Assembly (NCBI RefSeq): GCF_009914755.1
Contig: NC_060926.1
Reading direction: 5' to 3' (one strand)
Source of the DNA: the human T2T-CHM13v2.0 reference genome, Homo sapiens
DNA: 64,000 nucleotides
The notes below the pieces were generated by a model. It did no database searches, was not told where the DNA came from, and saw nothing but the letters and a program-made list of their open reading frames with translations. Shown here one piece after another: positions 27,200-44,034 of the stretch (position 1 is the first letter of the stretch; each line of letters begins with the position of its first letter). A program made the position numbers and the translations under genes.

Positions 27200-28330
27200 A
27201 CACAATGTTCAAAATCTCTTCTGTTTCTAATCCCATCACCCTGTCCAAATACCATCATCTTTATGCTGGAATGCTAATATATTTCTGTTGGTTTTCTCTG
27301 AGCCCATTCCTCCATTCCAGTCCATTTTCTACCCTGCACCTGCACTTGGAGCATTTTTTTTCATGCCCCACCTCCATTTTAAAGTGGTTCAAGTTTTTCT
27401 TTCTTAAATAGATGGAGTTAGTGCTGTGCTCTACTAACTGATGGTGTGTTTCATCTCTTGCTCTGCCACATCAGATATGAGGGTAAGTTGCTTAACAATC
27501 AGCTGGGCAGGGGAGGAGGGCAGAAAGAGGGGGGTGGGTGATGAAAAACTCCCACCTGTACCCTTGCAGCATTCGCCAAATTTCCACAGTATAACTATTC
27601 CTGTGGTGGATAATTTCAAGCTAGCAATGTGATATCTCTGAGTGTTGAGTTGGAGAAAGATGTGCACAATTGGCCCTGGAAAGCCAGTGGAGATCAGTTC
27701 TAGCACATCACCAAGTAGAGGCCAACTCCTTAACTTGAAGTTTACGTCCCCGCTTCAGCTGTTCCCTCTGACCTATAAGCCATGACTTGCCTTAGAATGT
27801 ATCCACTGACCATTCTGGACCTTTATTTAGTTTCTCAAATGTGCTGTATGCTCTGCTTTCTCTAGCACTAGGGACTTCGCACACATTCTTTCTTCCACCT
27901 GGAACACTCTCAATGCCACCCTTGCCAAAGTTAAGATCTCATTTCTGTCATTTTCTTGAAGAGATCTTCCCTGATCCCCACTGCACGCCAGACGAATCCA
28001 GAGGTTTTATTATGTGCGCACTGCGCATGACATACTTCTTCCTCTCTTAACACTGTTGTAATTTTTACCTCTATTTTTGTGATTGCTTAATGTCTCTCCT
28101 CAACCAGACTGTAACTCTTAAGTCTAAGAGTTATGCCTGGGTATAATTATGATTTTATCACTAGTGCCTATGTCCAGCATAGTTCTAAGCATATAGTAGT
28201 TTCTAATTAAAAATAATAAGAACAACTTATGTTGGATGAAAAAAATGAAGAGATATTTATCCCTTTCTTTACTGAATGGTACTTGGCACATTCTAGGGCT
28301 TCATTAGATGTTTATTGAATGATTACCTGA
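27200..28330 (+). mobile_element. L2 fragment interrupted by MER63
   Basis: ccagtccattttctaccctgca; ttccacctggaacactct; accagactgtaactctta; tttattgaatga. Confidence 0.6.
27419..27713 (-). mobile_element. MER63-family hAT-Blackjack DNA transposon
   Basis: Degenerate TIRs tagtgctgtgct / tagcacatcacca; body atttcaagctagcaatgtga...gagttggagaaagatgtgcacaattggc. Confidence 0.8.
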
Positions 28331-29694
28331 ATATTTCACTTATTGTATTTCCTTATTTCTGCTGAAATCAGTTTTTACCTTTATTATGATCTTTATTCCT
28401 CAATCTAATATTTTTCTCCACCCCTTACTTGCTAGCTTCTAATTCTCTCCTCCATTTGTTATAATCCTGAAGCCCATATTTGAAGTTATTTTAAATGTTA
28501 CTGTTATAACCATCACCTGATGAGCCATTGGCCTTTATCACCTTTATGTATAGAGACTACACTCTTACCATTTGGGGAAAATCCATTGGTATTAAACTTA
28601 GTCTTAATGAGAAAATATTGAATTGAAAAAATGGTAGTAAGTAATAATGGAGATAATTTAACATAAAGTTATTAAAATCAGATATAGAATAAGATAATTC
28701 ATTCTTGACATAGATATTTTATGAGAAAACGTGATTATTTGTAAGTAAACATTCTGAGTGTAATCTTGAAAAATTCTCGACAGCAGTCTACCATGCGCAC
28801 TCAGAAATACAAGCCATTATATAAGTGGTAGATTTAATGAGCCCACTCTGACATTCTGATTGCTAATATGGATGACATGTATGAATGAACCTAAATAATT
28901 AAGGCAAGTTCTCTTAACATCATTAGCGGCATTTGGTAAACATATTGTGATTCTAGCGAGCCATGTTATGTAGGTGTTGATACTTAAAAATAAGTAACTG
29001 AATTGTATAAAAACAAACACACTAAATCAATATACGATCTTTCCAGCTTGAAATTTGTCATTTTTTTCCCTGATGCTATGTTCAATAGAACATCTGCTGA
29101 GATAGCTTTTACTTTTTTTTTTAAATTTTTGAAAGTGAAGCAGATTCTCTTTACCTGTGCATCTTTTGTTTAAAAAGTCAGAGATGCCTCTGTTTCTTCC
29201 AAAAAGGCCATTTTTAAAAACTAACTTTGAAAAATAAGGCAGAAAATCTATTCTATCAAGATTTCTATTTAAACACTATGTTTAAAGTGCTTGTGCTTAG
29301 TGTTTTAGAAGCTAGAGGTATTTCTTTTGAAGTGTCAATCTGACCATTACTATGATTTTGATGGTAATTATAGTGGAATGCCCGTATTTCAAAGAGTGAG
29401 ATCAGAGTTCATTTTAATCTCTGCACTGAATGAATTTGGCAGTGTTTCTGTGTCTGCTGAGTTCTGAGTACATATATTTGCAATGCATTTTGATGTCATA
29501 AACTCAGAGTTTGGGTATATCTGGGTAGTTGGACTAGTTGGCTATATTAGCAAAATATTCAGGAGTTTCAACAAATGACATCTAATATTATAATTATGTT
29601 TGGAACTTGTTTTAGGTATAGAAATTATCAGATAAATACCACATATACTTCTGTAGAAATTATTTTGAGTATAATTCAAACTGCAAATTGAATA

Positions 29695-30010
29695 ATACAT
29701 ATATGAGTATATGTATTATATATGATACTTATCAAAATATATGTATTATATATGATACTTATCAAAATATATGTATTACATATGATATATCAAAATATAT
29801 GTATTATATGATACATATAAAAATATGTATTCTATTATATATGATACATATAAAATATATATGATACATATCAAAATATATGTATTCTATTACATATGAT
29901 ACATATAAAAATATATGTATTCTATTACATGTGATACATATAAAAATATATATTCTATTACATGCAATACATATGGAAATATATGTATTTATGTTACATC
30001 GAAATATGTA
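29695..30010. repeat. AT-rich minisatellite, ~30-bp unit (atgtattatatatgatacttatcaaaatat)
   Basis: 29711-29740 is identical to 29741-29770, followed by diverging copies. Confidence 0.9.
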
Positions 30011-30289
30011 AATACCTGTTAATTTTCATAGGGGAAATACTAAAATAGATTTTATAAGGAATGCAAAACTATGATGTAACTGTTTGGTCCCCACTTATAG
30101 TGGTAAGACAAAACTACTGAAAATTGATAAAAATAAAATAATAAAATTACTATACAAGGCAATATTATTACAAATCACAATGCAGTACCTAAGTACCAAA
30201 TGAGGTACCTATGCATAAAATTTCATAGCAGCTTCTTTCTAAAAGTAGGACCACAGGAGGCAAAAGGAAAAAATAAATGGAAATACATA

Positions 30290-31605
<1,316 letters not shown>

Positions 31606-31614
31606 TAACAATGA

Positions 31615-31831
31615 GTGCCAAGTCCCAGAGTCCAAAGGCCTGAGAACCAGGAGCACAGAAGTTTGAGGAAAAGATGGATGTCCCAGTTCAAGAAGAGAGA
31701 GATAATTTTCCCTTATTTTATGTTTTATCATTTCCAAAACATTCTCACAGACATACCTAGAAATAATGTTTTACCAGCTATCTGGGCATCCCTTAACCTA
31801 GTCAAGTTGACATATAAAATTAACCATCACA
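31615..31831 (-). mobile_element. MLT2B LTR fragment
   Basis: gagtccaaaggcctgagaaccaggagc...ctagtcaagttgacatataaaattaaccatcaca. Confidence 0.8.
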
Positions 31832-31949
31832 ACAGGCTATACCAATCAGCTACTCAAGGCATGCCAGATAATACTGGGTTCAAATTGCCCTAATTCATTT
31901 TACTCATAAAACAGAAGTTTTACAAGAAAAACGACTTGAGAAGGCCAAG

Positions 31950-34832
31950 GGCTACTTCCCCAAACAGTGCCCTCTTGTAGATTGGCAGTGTCACTTTGGC
32001 CCTGCCGCCAACTCAAGAGCAGTGACATGAAAGTTCTCCCCGGGGAAAGGCAGATCATAAGAGCAGAGAGCTCCACAGCTCGCAGTTCTCACTAAGGGGA
32101 CCGATTTTATCAAACGTGGAGTAGATTTAGTCTAAGGGCACTGTAGTAAAGAATGGAAAATTTAATGGTAAGCAGTTAAGAAGGGGCTGGTATTTCCACT
32201 GGGCAGCAAACAAAAGCATAGGGTCACTAGAGGTTTAACAGAGAGAATCAGGAAAAGAGACAGATAAACAATCTTCCTGGGGTCAGAACAAGGCTCAAAA
32301 AGTATGCTCAAACAGTACTCTTTTAGAGAGATCAAATTTAATTTGATCAGACTGTGGAGTAAGTAATGACATTTATTTTCAAAAATTATAGAGCAATCAG
32401 CTAGCATTAGTGGAGGCTAACAAGTGAGAGAACTTTTCCCTAGCCAACCTCCCTTTCAAGAAATTGTAATAGGAATTCATTCTTCAGGGTGAAAGCAAGT
32501 AACAGAAAGTAAAAGGATAGAAAAAAGGAAACTCTGTAACAGCCAACATAAGAGAGCTGGGGTGGATATTTTATTAGACAAATGGATTTTAACAACAACA
32601 AAAAACAGAAATAAAGGAGGACATTTTTAAATGAAAAAGGGTTAATCCAAAAGAAAGCTATAATAATTATAACTATATATGCACCTAAAAAGAAGCAAAA
32701 TTCTTCTAAATTCATGAAGCAAAAATTGGCAGAATTGAAGGGAACAATAGAAAACCAAAAATAATAGCTTAAAACATGAAAATTGCACGTTCAATAATGG
32801 ATAGAACAACCAGGCAGGAGATCAACAAGAACACAGAAGCCCGAAACAACCCTATAAACAAGTAGATCTAACAAACCTGTGTAGAACACATCACCAAACA
32901 ACAACAGACTATACATTCCTCTCAAGTGTCCATGGAACATTCTCCAGAATATGAGAGGCCAAAATAAATGTCAATAAATTAAAAAGAATTGAAATCACAT
33001 AAAGCATGTTCTTTGAACACAATGGAATGAAATAATAATTAATAAAAATAAATTTGGAAAATTTAAAAAAATGAGGATTTACCACTACACTTCTAAATAA
33101 ACAATGGGTCAAAGACAAAATCACGAAGAGAATTAGAATATACTTTCAGAAGAATTAATGAAATGAAATAAAAACAAAACATAACAAAACTTACAGGGCA
33201 CAGCAAAAGGAGTGATTAGATGAAACTTGAAAATGGTAAATGTCTATATATAAAAAAGTTAAGAAGATCTCAAATCAATGACCTGACCTTTTACCATAAG
33301 ACACTGAAAAAAGAAGAGCAAACTAAACCTAAAGGTAGCAAAAGGAACGAAATAATACTACTGTTAATAATACATATGATAGTAAAATTAAGGAATTATA
33401 GAAATATATATAAATACAAAAAATCAATGAAACAAAAAAAGATTCATTAAAAAGATAAAATAAATTGAAAAACTATTAGCTAATCTGACCAGAAAGCAAC
33501 AGAAAATATTCAAAATGACAAAATCAAAAACAGAAGGGGAAAAATTACCAACCTTATAGAAATAAAAAGGATTATAAAAGAATGCTACGAACAGCAAGGG
33601 GTATGTCATCAGATTAATTAGATGAAACTGACAAATTTCTTAAAACATGCAAACTACGAAAACTGATTCAAGGAGAAAAAAAATCTGAATAGGTCTATAA
33701 TAAGCAAAGCAGTTGAATTAGTAATTTAAAACTTCCCTCTAACAGTGCAGACACACAGAGCTCATTTAAAGAGTAATTAATACCGATTCTTTATAAACAT
33801 GTCCCAAAAATAGAACAAAAAGGAATACTTCCCAATTCATTTTATAAAGCCAGTACCACCCTCATATCAAAGCCAGTCAAATAAATTACAATAAAATAAA
33901 ACTTTAAACAAATATCATTTATGAATACAGATGCAAAAGCCTTAACAAAATCCTAAGGAAAGAATCCAGCAACATATAAAAATGATTATGCTCCATGACT
34001 GAGTACAGCGTATCACAGGATCTCAAGAGTGGTTAATTTCTGAAAATCAATTAATGTAATACACAATATTAACAGAAACATATAACCATCTCAGTTGTCA
34101 CATAAAAAGTACCTGTACAATCCAATACCCTTCCATATTTAAAATATTCAAAAAACTAGGAATAGAAGGAAACTTCTTTAACCTGATAAATGGCATATAT
34201 AAAAAACTCACACCTGGCCAGGCACGGTGGCTCACACCTGTAATCCCAGCACTTTGGGAGACTGAGGCGGGTGGATCACCTGATGTCAGGGGTTCGAGAC
34301 CAGCCTGACCAACATGGAAAAACCCCGACTCTACTAAAAATACAAAAAACCTCACTGGGCGTGGTGACGCATGCCTGTAATCCCAGCTACTCAGGAGGCG
34401 GAAGCATGAGAATTGCTTAAACTCGGAAGTCAAAGGTTGCAGTGAGCCGAGATTGCACCATTGCACTCCAGCCTGGGCAACAAGAGTGAAACTCCGTCTC
34501 AAAAAAAAAAACAAAAAACAAAAACAAACAAACAAAAACCTCACACCTAAAATCATACTTAATGATGAAATACTAACTAAACTCTTTCTCCCTAAAATCA
34601 GGAAGAAGACAAGGATGTCTGCTTTTACCGATTCCTTTCAAAATTGTGGTAGAGGTTTTAGACAAGGCAATTTGGCCAGAAAAACAAAGAAAACACAAAT
34701 TGGAAAGGAAAAAGTAAAACTATCCCTATTTATAGATGATCTCATTTTGTGTATATCAAAAATCTTAATGAATCTAGCAAAATACAATTAGAACTAAAAA
34801 ATGTGTGCTGTGATATGACAAGACATAAAATC
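31950..34832 (+). mobile_element. L1M (L1MA/L1MB-era) element: 5' region, ORF1 end and ORF2 EN-RT, internally deleted
   Basis: Degenerate ORF2 motifs (aactatatatgcacctaa; atacattcctctcaagtgtccatggaacattctccagaat; LSLFIDDLI at ~34720-34746). Confidence 0.8.
34216..34533 (+). mobile_element. AluSp-like inserted in L1M ORF2
   Basis: cctgaccaacatgga, gcatgcc, ccattgcac, gcaacaagag; TSD aaaaa(a/c)ctcacacct at 34201-34215 and 34534-34548. Confidence 0.93.
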
Positions 34833-35121
34833 TGCCATTATATAGGTGAATCTCATTCATTCACCTTTTATAAGTATTGATATGAAGAGAGATTATTTCT
34901 TTTTTTAAATTTTATTATTATTATACTTTAAGTTTTAGGGTACATGTGCACAATGTGCAGGTTTGTTACATATGTATACATGTGCCATGGTGTGCTGCAC
35001 CCATTAACTCCTCATTTAGCATTAGTTATATCTCCTAATGCTATCCCTCCCCCCTTCCCCCACCCCACAACAGTCCCCAGAGTGTGATGTTCCCCTTCCT
35101 GTGTCCATGTGTTCTCATTGT

Positions 35122-38939
<3,818 letters not shown>

Positions 38940-39002
38940 TATGATGTTAGCTGCTTATTTTGCTCGTTAGTTGATGCAGCTTCTTCCTGGCCTTGATGGT
39001 CT

Positions 39003-40019
39003 TTACATTTTGGCATGTTTTTGCAGTGGCTGGTACCAGTTGTTCCTTTCCATGTTTAGTGCTTCCTTCAGGAGCTCTTTTAGGGCAGGCCTGGTGGTGA
39101 CAAAATCTCTCAGCATTTGCTTGTCTGTAAAGTATTTTATTTCTCCTTCACTTATGAAGCTTAGTTTGGCTGGATATGAAATTCTGGGTTGAAAATTCTT
39201 TTCTTTAAGAATGTTGAATATTGGCCCCCACTCTCTTCTGGCTTGTAGGGTTTCTGCTGAGAGATCCGCTGTTAGTCTGATGGGCTTCCCTTTGTGGGTA
39301 ACCCGACCTTTCTCTCTGGCTACCCTTAACATTTTTTCCTTCATTTCAACTTTGGTGAATCTGACAATTATGTGTCTTGGAGTTGCTCTTCTCGAGGAGT
39401 ATCTTTGTGGCGTTCTCTGTATTTCCTGAATCTGAATGTTGGCCTGCCTTGCTAGATTGGGGAAATTCTCCTGGATAGTATCCTGCAGAGTGTTTTCCAT
39501 GTTGGTTCCATTCTCCCTGTCACTTTCAGGTACACCAGTCAGACGTAGATTTGGTCTTTTCACGTAGTCCCATATTTCTTGGAGTCTTTGTTCATTTCTT
39601 TTTGTTCTTTTTTCTCTAAACTTCCCTTCTCGCTTCATTTCATTCATTTCGTCTTCTATCACTGATACCCTTTCCTCCAGTTGATCTCATTGGCTCCTGA
39701 GGCTTCTGCATTCTTCACTTAGTTCCTGAGGCTTGGCTTTAAGCTCCATCAAGTACTTTAAGAACTTCTCTTCATTGGTTATTCTAGGTATCCATTCAAC
39801 TAATTTTTTTTCAAAGTTTTTAACTTCTTTGCCATTGGTTTGAATTTCCTCCTGTAGCTTGGAGTAGTTTGATCGTCTGAAGCCTTCTTCTCTCCACTCG
39901 TCAAAGTCATTCTCCGTCCAGCTTTGTTCCATTGCTGGTGAGGAGCTGTGTTCCTTTGGAGGAGGAGAGGTGCTCTGCTTTTTAGAGTTTTCAGTTTTTC
40001 TGCTTTGTTTTATACCCAT
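39003..40019 (-). pseudogene. L1 ORF1p (338 codons) with one premature stop at codon 111
   Basis: ORF track 39687..40019 and 39003..39662 share a frame and the 24 nt between them are open; REKG, ARR and YPAKLS motifs present. Confidence 0.93.
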
Positions 40020-41038
40020 CTTTGTGGTTTTATCTACTTTTGGTCTTTGATGATGGTGATGTACAGATGGGTTTTTGGTGTGGATGTCCTTTCTGTTTGT
40101 TAGTTTTCCTTCTAACAGACAGGACGCTCAGCTGCAGGTCTGTTGGAGTTTGCTAGAGGTCCACTCCAGACCCTATTTGTCTGGGTATCAGTAACGGTGG
40201 CTGCAGAACAGCGGTGGCTGTAGAACAGCGGATATTGGTGATCTGCAAATGCTGCTGCCTGATCGTTCCTCTGGAAGTTTTGTCTCAGAGTAGTACTCAG
40301 CCATGTGAAGTGTCAGTCTGCCCCTACTGGGGGATGCCTCCCAGTTAGGCTGCTCGAGGGTCAGGGACCCACTTGAGGAGGCAGTCTGCCCATTCTCAGA
40401 TCTCCAGCTGCATACTGGGATAACCAGTACTCTCTTCAAAGCTGTCAGACAGGGACATTTAAGTCTGCAGAGGTTACTGCTGTCTTTTTGTTTCTCTGTG
40501 CCCTGCCCCCAGAGATGGAGCCTACAGAGGCAGGCAGGCTTCCTTGAGCTGTGGTGGGCTCCACCCAGTTCAAGCTTCCAGGCTGCTTTGTTTACCTAAT
40601 CAAGCCTGGGCAATGGCAGGCGCCCCTCCCCCAGCCTCGCTGCCACCTTGCTGTTTGATCTCAGACTGCTGTGCTGGCAATCATCGAGACTCCATGAGCA
40701 CAGGACCCTCTGAGCCAGATGCAGGATATAATCTCCTGGTGTGCCGTTTTTTAAGCCCTTTGGAAAAGCACAGTATTAGGGTGGGAGTGACCCGATTTTC
40801 CTGGTGCTGTCTGTCACCCCTTTCTTTGACTAGGAAAGGGAACTCCCTGAACCCTTGCGCTTCCCGAGTGAGGCAATGCCTCGCCCTGCTTCGGCTCGCA
40901 CACGGTGCGCTGCACCCACAGTCTGGCACTCCCTAGTGAGATGAACCCGGTACTCAGATGGAAATGCAGAAATCTCCTGTCTTCTGCGTCGCTCACGCTT
41001 GGAGCTGTAGACCGGAGCTGTTCCTATTCGGCCATCGG
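40020..41038 (-). promoter_or_regulatory. L1 5' UTR internal sense promoter and antisense promoter
   Basis: Sequence upstream of the ORF1 ATG; function inferred from known L1 biology; CpGs concentrated in the terminal ~200 bp. Confidence 0.75.
40613..40936 (+). CDS. L1 ORF0 homologue (antisense 5' UTR ORF), 107 aa, open; expression unknown
   Basis: MAGAPPPASLPPCCLISDCCA...RVGVTRFS inside ORF 40544..40936; ATG at 40613. Confidence 0.6.
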   Translation: MAGAPPPASLPPCCLISDCCAGNHRDSMSTGPSEPDAGYNLLVCRFLSPLEKHSIRVGVTRFSWCCLSPLSLTRKGNSLNPCASRVRQCLALLRLAHGALHPQSGTP

Positions 41039-41639
41039 GAGATTATTTCTTCAATATTATCTTGTGTGTTCTATTAAGAATGTCACCTTTTGTGTGTTTA
41101 TTTTTCCACTTCTGTTCTGTACTAGCATGTTGAAATATGCTGTTTCCCACTCCTTTCTCTACCCCACTTTTCATGCCTGTGCTGGGTTAAAAGCAATGCA
41201 TTATATTTCTTTTGTGTTTCTTTGTTAACCTAAGCAGTGAATTATTACATTTCATCATTCACATCCAAGTTGACATGCAAAACTCATTTGAATAACTATG
41301 AAAGGGGTGTGGAGAAGAGAGTAGGAATTAAGCTACAGGTGAAGGGGAAAAATAGTAATGATACAAGATAAATGAGAGGAACATGGTCCAGATGAATGGC
41401 TATGGATGGTCATGACCTGTTCGGTGTGCTTAACTCCTCTGTATGCACGTGAGGTGCTCAAAATAAAATTATTCAGAATATATCTCTTCCTAAATATGAG
41501 ATTTTGGCAATTTTAATTAACTTTCAAAGAATGCATTTTATTAACATTAGCTAGTTTAATTTTATCTTTTTAAAAACCATTATTTTCTCATATTTGTCCA
41601 TTTCTGTTTTATTTTCATACTGTGTGTTTTAGACTTTCT

Positions 41640-42620
41640 TTTGAGTTCGCTCTGATTTTGCTAACATGTATGCAAAATGTTGGCAAGCTTGTAAAGTCTT
41701 TATAAGTCTGAATGTGTCTTTATTTTGCCCTCTCTCTTGAATGAGAGTTCACCTCAGTAAAAGCTCCAGATTGTCAGTTAATTTCACTCTGCACTGAGAA
41801 GGTATCATTACATTCTCTTTGGCTTCCGTTGTTGTTTTCCAGAAGTCTGTGTCAATCTAATTGTTGCTCATTTGTAGGTAATCTCTTTTGTGTCTGTTAG
41901 CTTTTAAGATGTCTTCAAGCTTTTCTATTCTGCAGTTTCACTACAAAGTGTCTAGTTACAGATTTGAGTTTATTTATCCTGCTCCCTGCACAGAGTGTAC
42001 TTTTGATCTGAGGTTCATTGTCTTCCTTCAGTTGTGGAAAATTAAGAGCTATTATCTTTTCAAATATTGGTTTCTTTCATTCTTTTTCGTCCTTTCTTGT
42101 CCTGAGAGAAGCTTTGGAATGGTATTGACTGGCTTCAAATTCTGTCTGCTTATTAACTCTTTGACAACCAGAAGATAAATATATGTAAAGTTATGTAAAC
42201 TTTCTGTGCATTGGTTGCATCATAGACAAAGTAGGGGAAATGCCCATCTTACCAGAGGATTAAATATCTATCAATGTATAAGTACTTAGATGTAAATATA
42301 TATGTATGCATATACATGTGTGTACACACCCAGACATATATATGTGTGTATATATACATATATATATATATATATAAAATATACTTACTGTTTCTGAAAC
42401 CATGTCTCTTTACTACTCCTTTCCATTTCTATTTCTGTGTCTTTTACTATCTCTTCAGTCCTGTCGTGTTTAGAGTTTATCTTATCTTTCAGTCATTTCA
42501 ATTATATCCTCTTTCATTTGCAAGATTCTAATCATTTTGAGTCTGTTGTTTCATTCCTGCTTGTTTTTGTTTCATAATTTCTTATTTTTTTAAGTGGAAG
42601 ATTTGTTCATGCATTTTATA
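41640..42620 (-). mobile_element. Ancient L1ME/HAL1-type fragment with nested MIR piece (~42125-42270)
   Basis: tttattttgccctc...agaagtctgtgtcaatctaattgttgctcatttgtaggtaatct (antisense ORF1-like). Confidence 0.55.
42295..42376. repeat. (TA)/(TG)-rich simple repeat
   Basis: Seen directly. Confidence 0.85.
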
Positions 42621-43439
42621 GTTTGCAGACTTTCATGTTTTTGGATTGGAAGATGAATTCCAGTCTCTATTTCTGTGTTCACCCTGCCCTACAGAGCAGG
42701 TTTTTGTAACCTCTAATTAGCCCTAGGAACTCCCAGGCCTAAGTTAGATTGATGATATTTCTGGGTTTTGCTCGGTAACAATAGTCTGGGATATCATAGA
42801 CATAGTCATTGAGTCAGTGAGCCATTTGGTTCATTTTCTAGCCACTAAGTGGGGTCCTTTTCCCTCCTACCACTCTCCATCTACAACTTTGAATATGATG
42901 GAGCAAAATAAGTCAGTCAACAGATTTTTTTTTAGTTTGTATATTTTAATTTTTTTAAAACAATATTTTTTGACTTTTTTTCTAGTGTTTCTCTCTTACC
43001 ATGCTTGACTTCAAGAGGTAAGTCTACTTCTGATTCTGTGATTAGAAATGAATGTTACCCCATGGAGCTTATCTTCTTCTGTACAACACTGTGTGATTCC
43101 AGATACAGAGCCTAACATGCCCACAGCATCGTATCTAGTCTCTGCTTTGTGTTTTGGTATAGTTTTGGTACAAAACAAACAAATATTTGTTTTTGACCCC
43201 AATATTTTCTTTATTTTTTCTCTTTTTATGTATTATTTGTCATTACTATACTTTTGAAGGTGGGTGTGGGGTAGAAGGATAGCAGTAGAAATTCACATGC
43301 CATCTTGACTAGAATTCTTCTATCCCCTCCTTTTTAATGCTTATTATTTTGTGTAGTTTCCTATTTGAGGGCACTAATATTCTACTTACATTATTTGTTT
43401 AGTAATAAAATATACTGAATATAAACAGCATGCTATTTG

Positions 43440-43797
43440 AAAAACAACTGAAAAACTGAGACCGTTTAGTCCAGAAAAAATAGGCTTGGAATGGAGGGTC
43501 CTGAAAAACAGTGTTTAGATATTTGAAAGGGTGTCAAGTGCAAAGGGATTTATTTAATTCAATTGTGTTGAAATTGAGAACTGTAGTTTGGCTAAATGAG
43601 GGAAAACAATTTGCATGGTCTACACTACAGAAAGATGGAATGACAGACAGCCTGCAGACACAGTGACTCTCTCAACCATAAAGTTTTTACTCATAGACTG
43701 GGTGGCCATTCAGTAGCTTTTATTGTGGGTTTAAATATGGAATATGTAGGTGGATTTGAATACATGAATTGCAATTCCTTCCCACAACTGAGATTTG
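43440..43797 (+). mobile_element. L3/CR1 LINE 3' fragment
   Basis: aactgagaccgtttagtccagaaaa...gatatttgaaagggtgtca...aaagatggaatg...ccttcccacaactgagatt. Confidence 0.6.
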
Positions 43798-44034
43798 ACT
43801 TTAATTTATTGGAAAAAGGAACAGAAAATTCTGAAGCTATCTTTTATACGGAAGTAGCCATAAGATTGAGGTTTCTGCCTACTCTTAAGAACAAATGGAT
43901 AATATGTTGGGCATTTTGTCAATTAAAGCTATTAATTTCAGTTAGCTTGGTATATAATAAGATAATTGTCTCATGCTTACATGCACAGCTTTGCTTTTGT
44001 AGATCATGGTTATTTACATTAAGGCTTAGTTTAT

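Noticed and set aside
29695-30010. Repeat array as a possible CRISPR-like locus
   Set aside because: Head-to-tail AT-rich units with no unique spacers and no cas genes, in human DNA. It is a minisatellite.
32423-32445. gtgaga...ttttccctag resembling a mini-intron
   Set aside because: Too short for an intron and explained as degenerate L1 ORF1 3' sequence.
34843-34866. 8-bp-stem hairpin aggtgaat...attcacct near the L1 junction
   Set aside because: Short stem, compatible with chance; no terminator meaning in human DNA.
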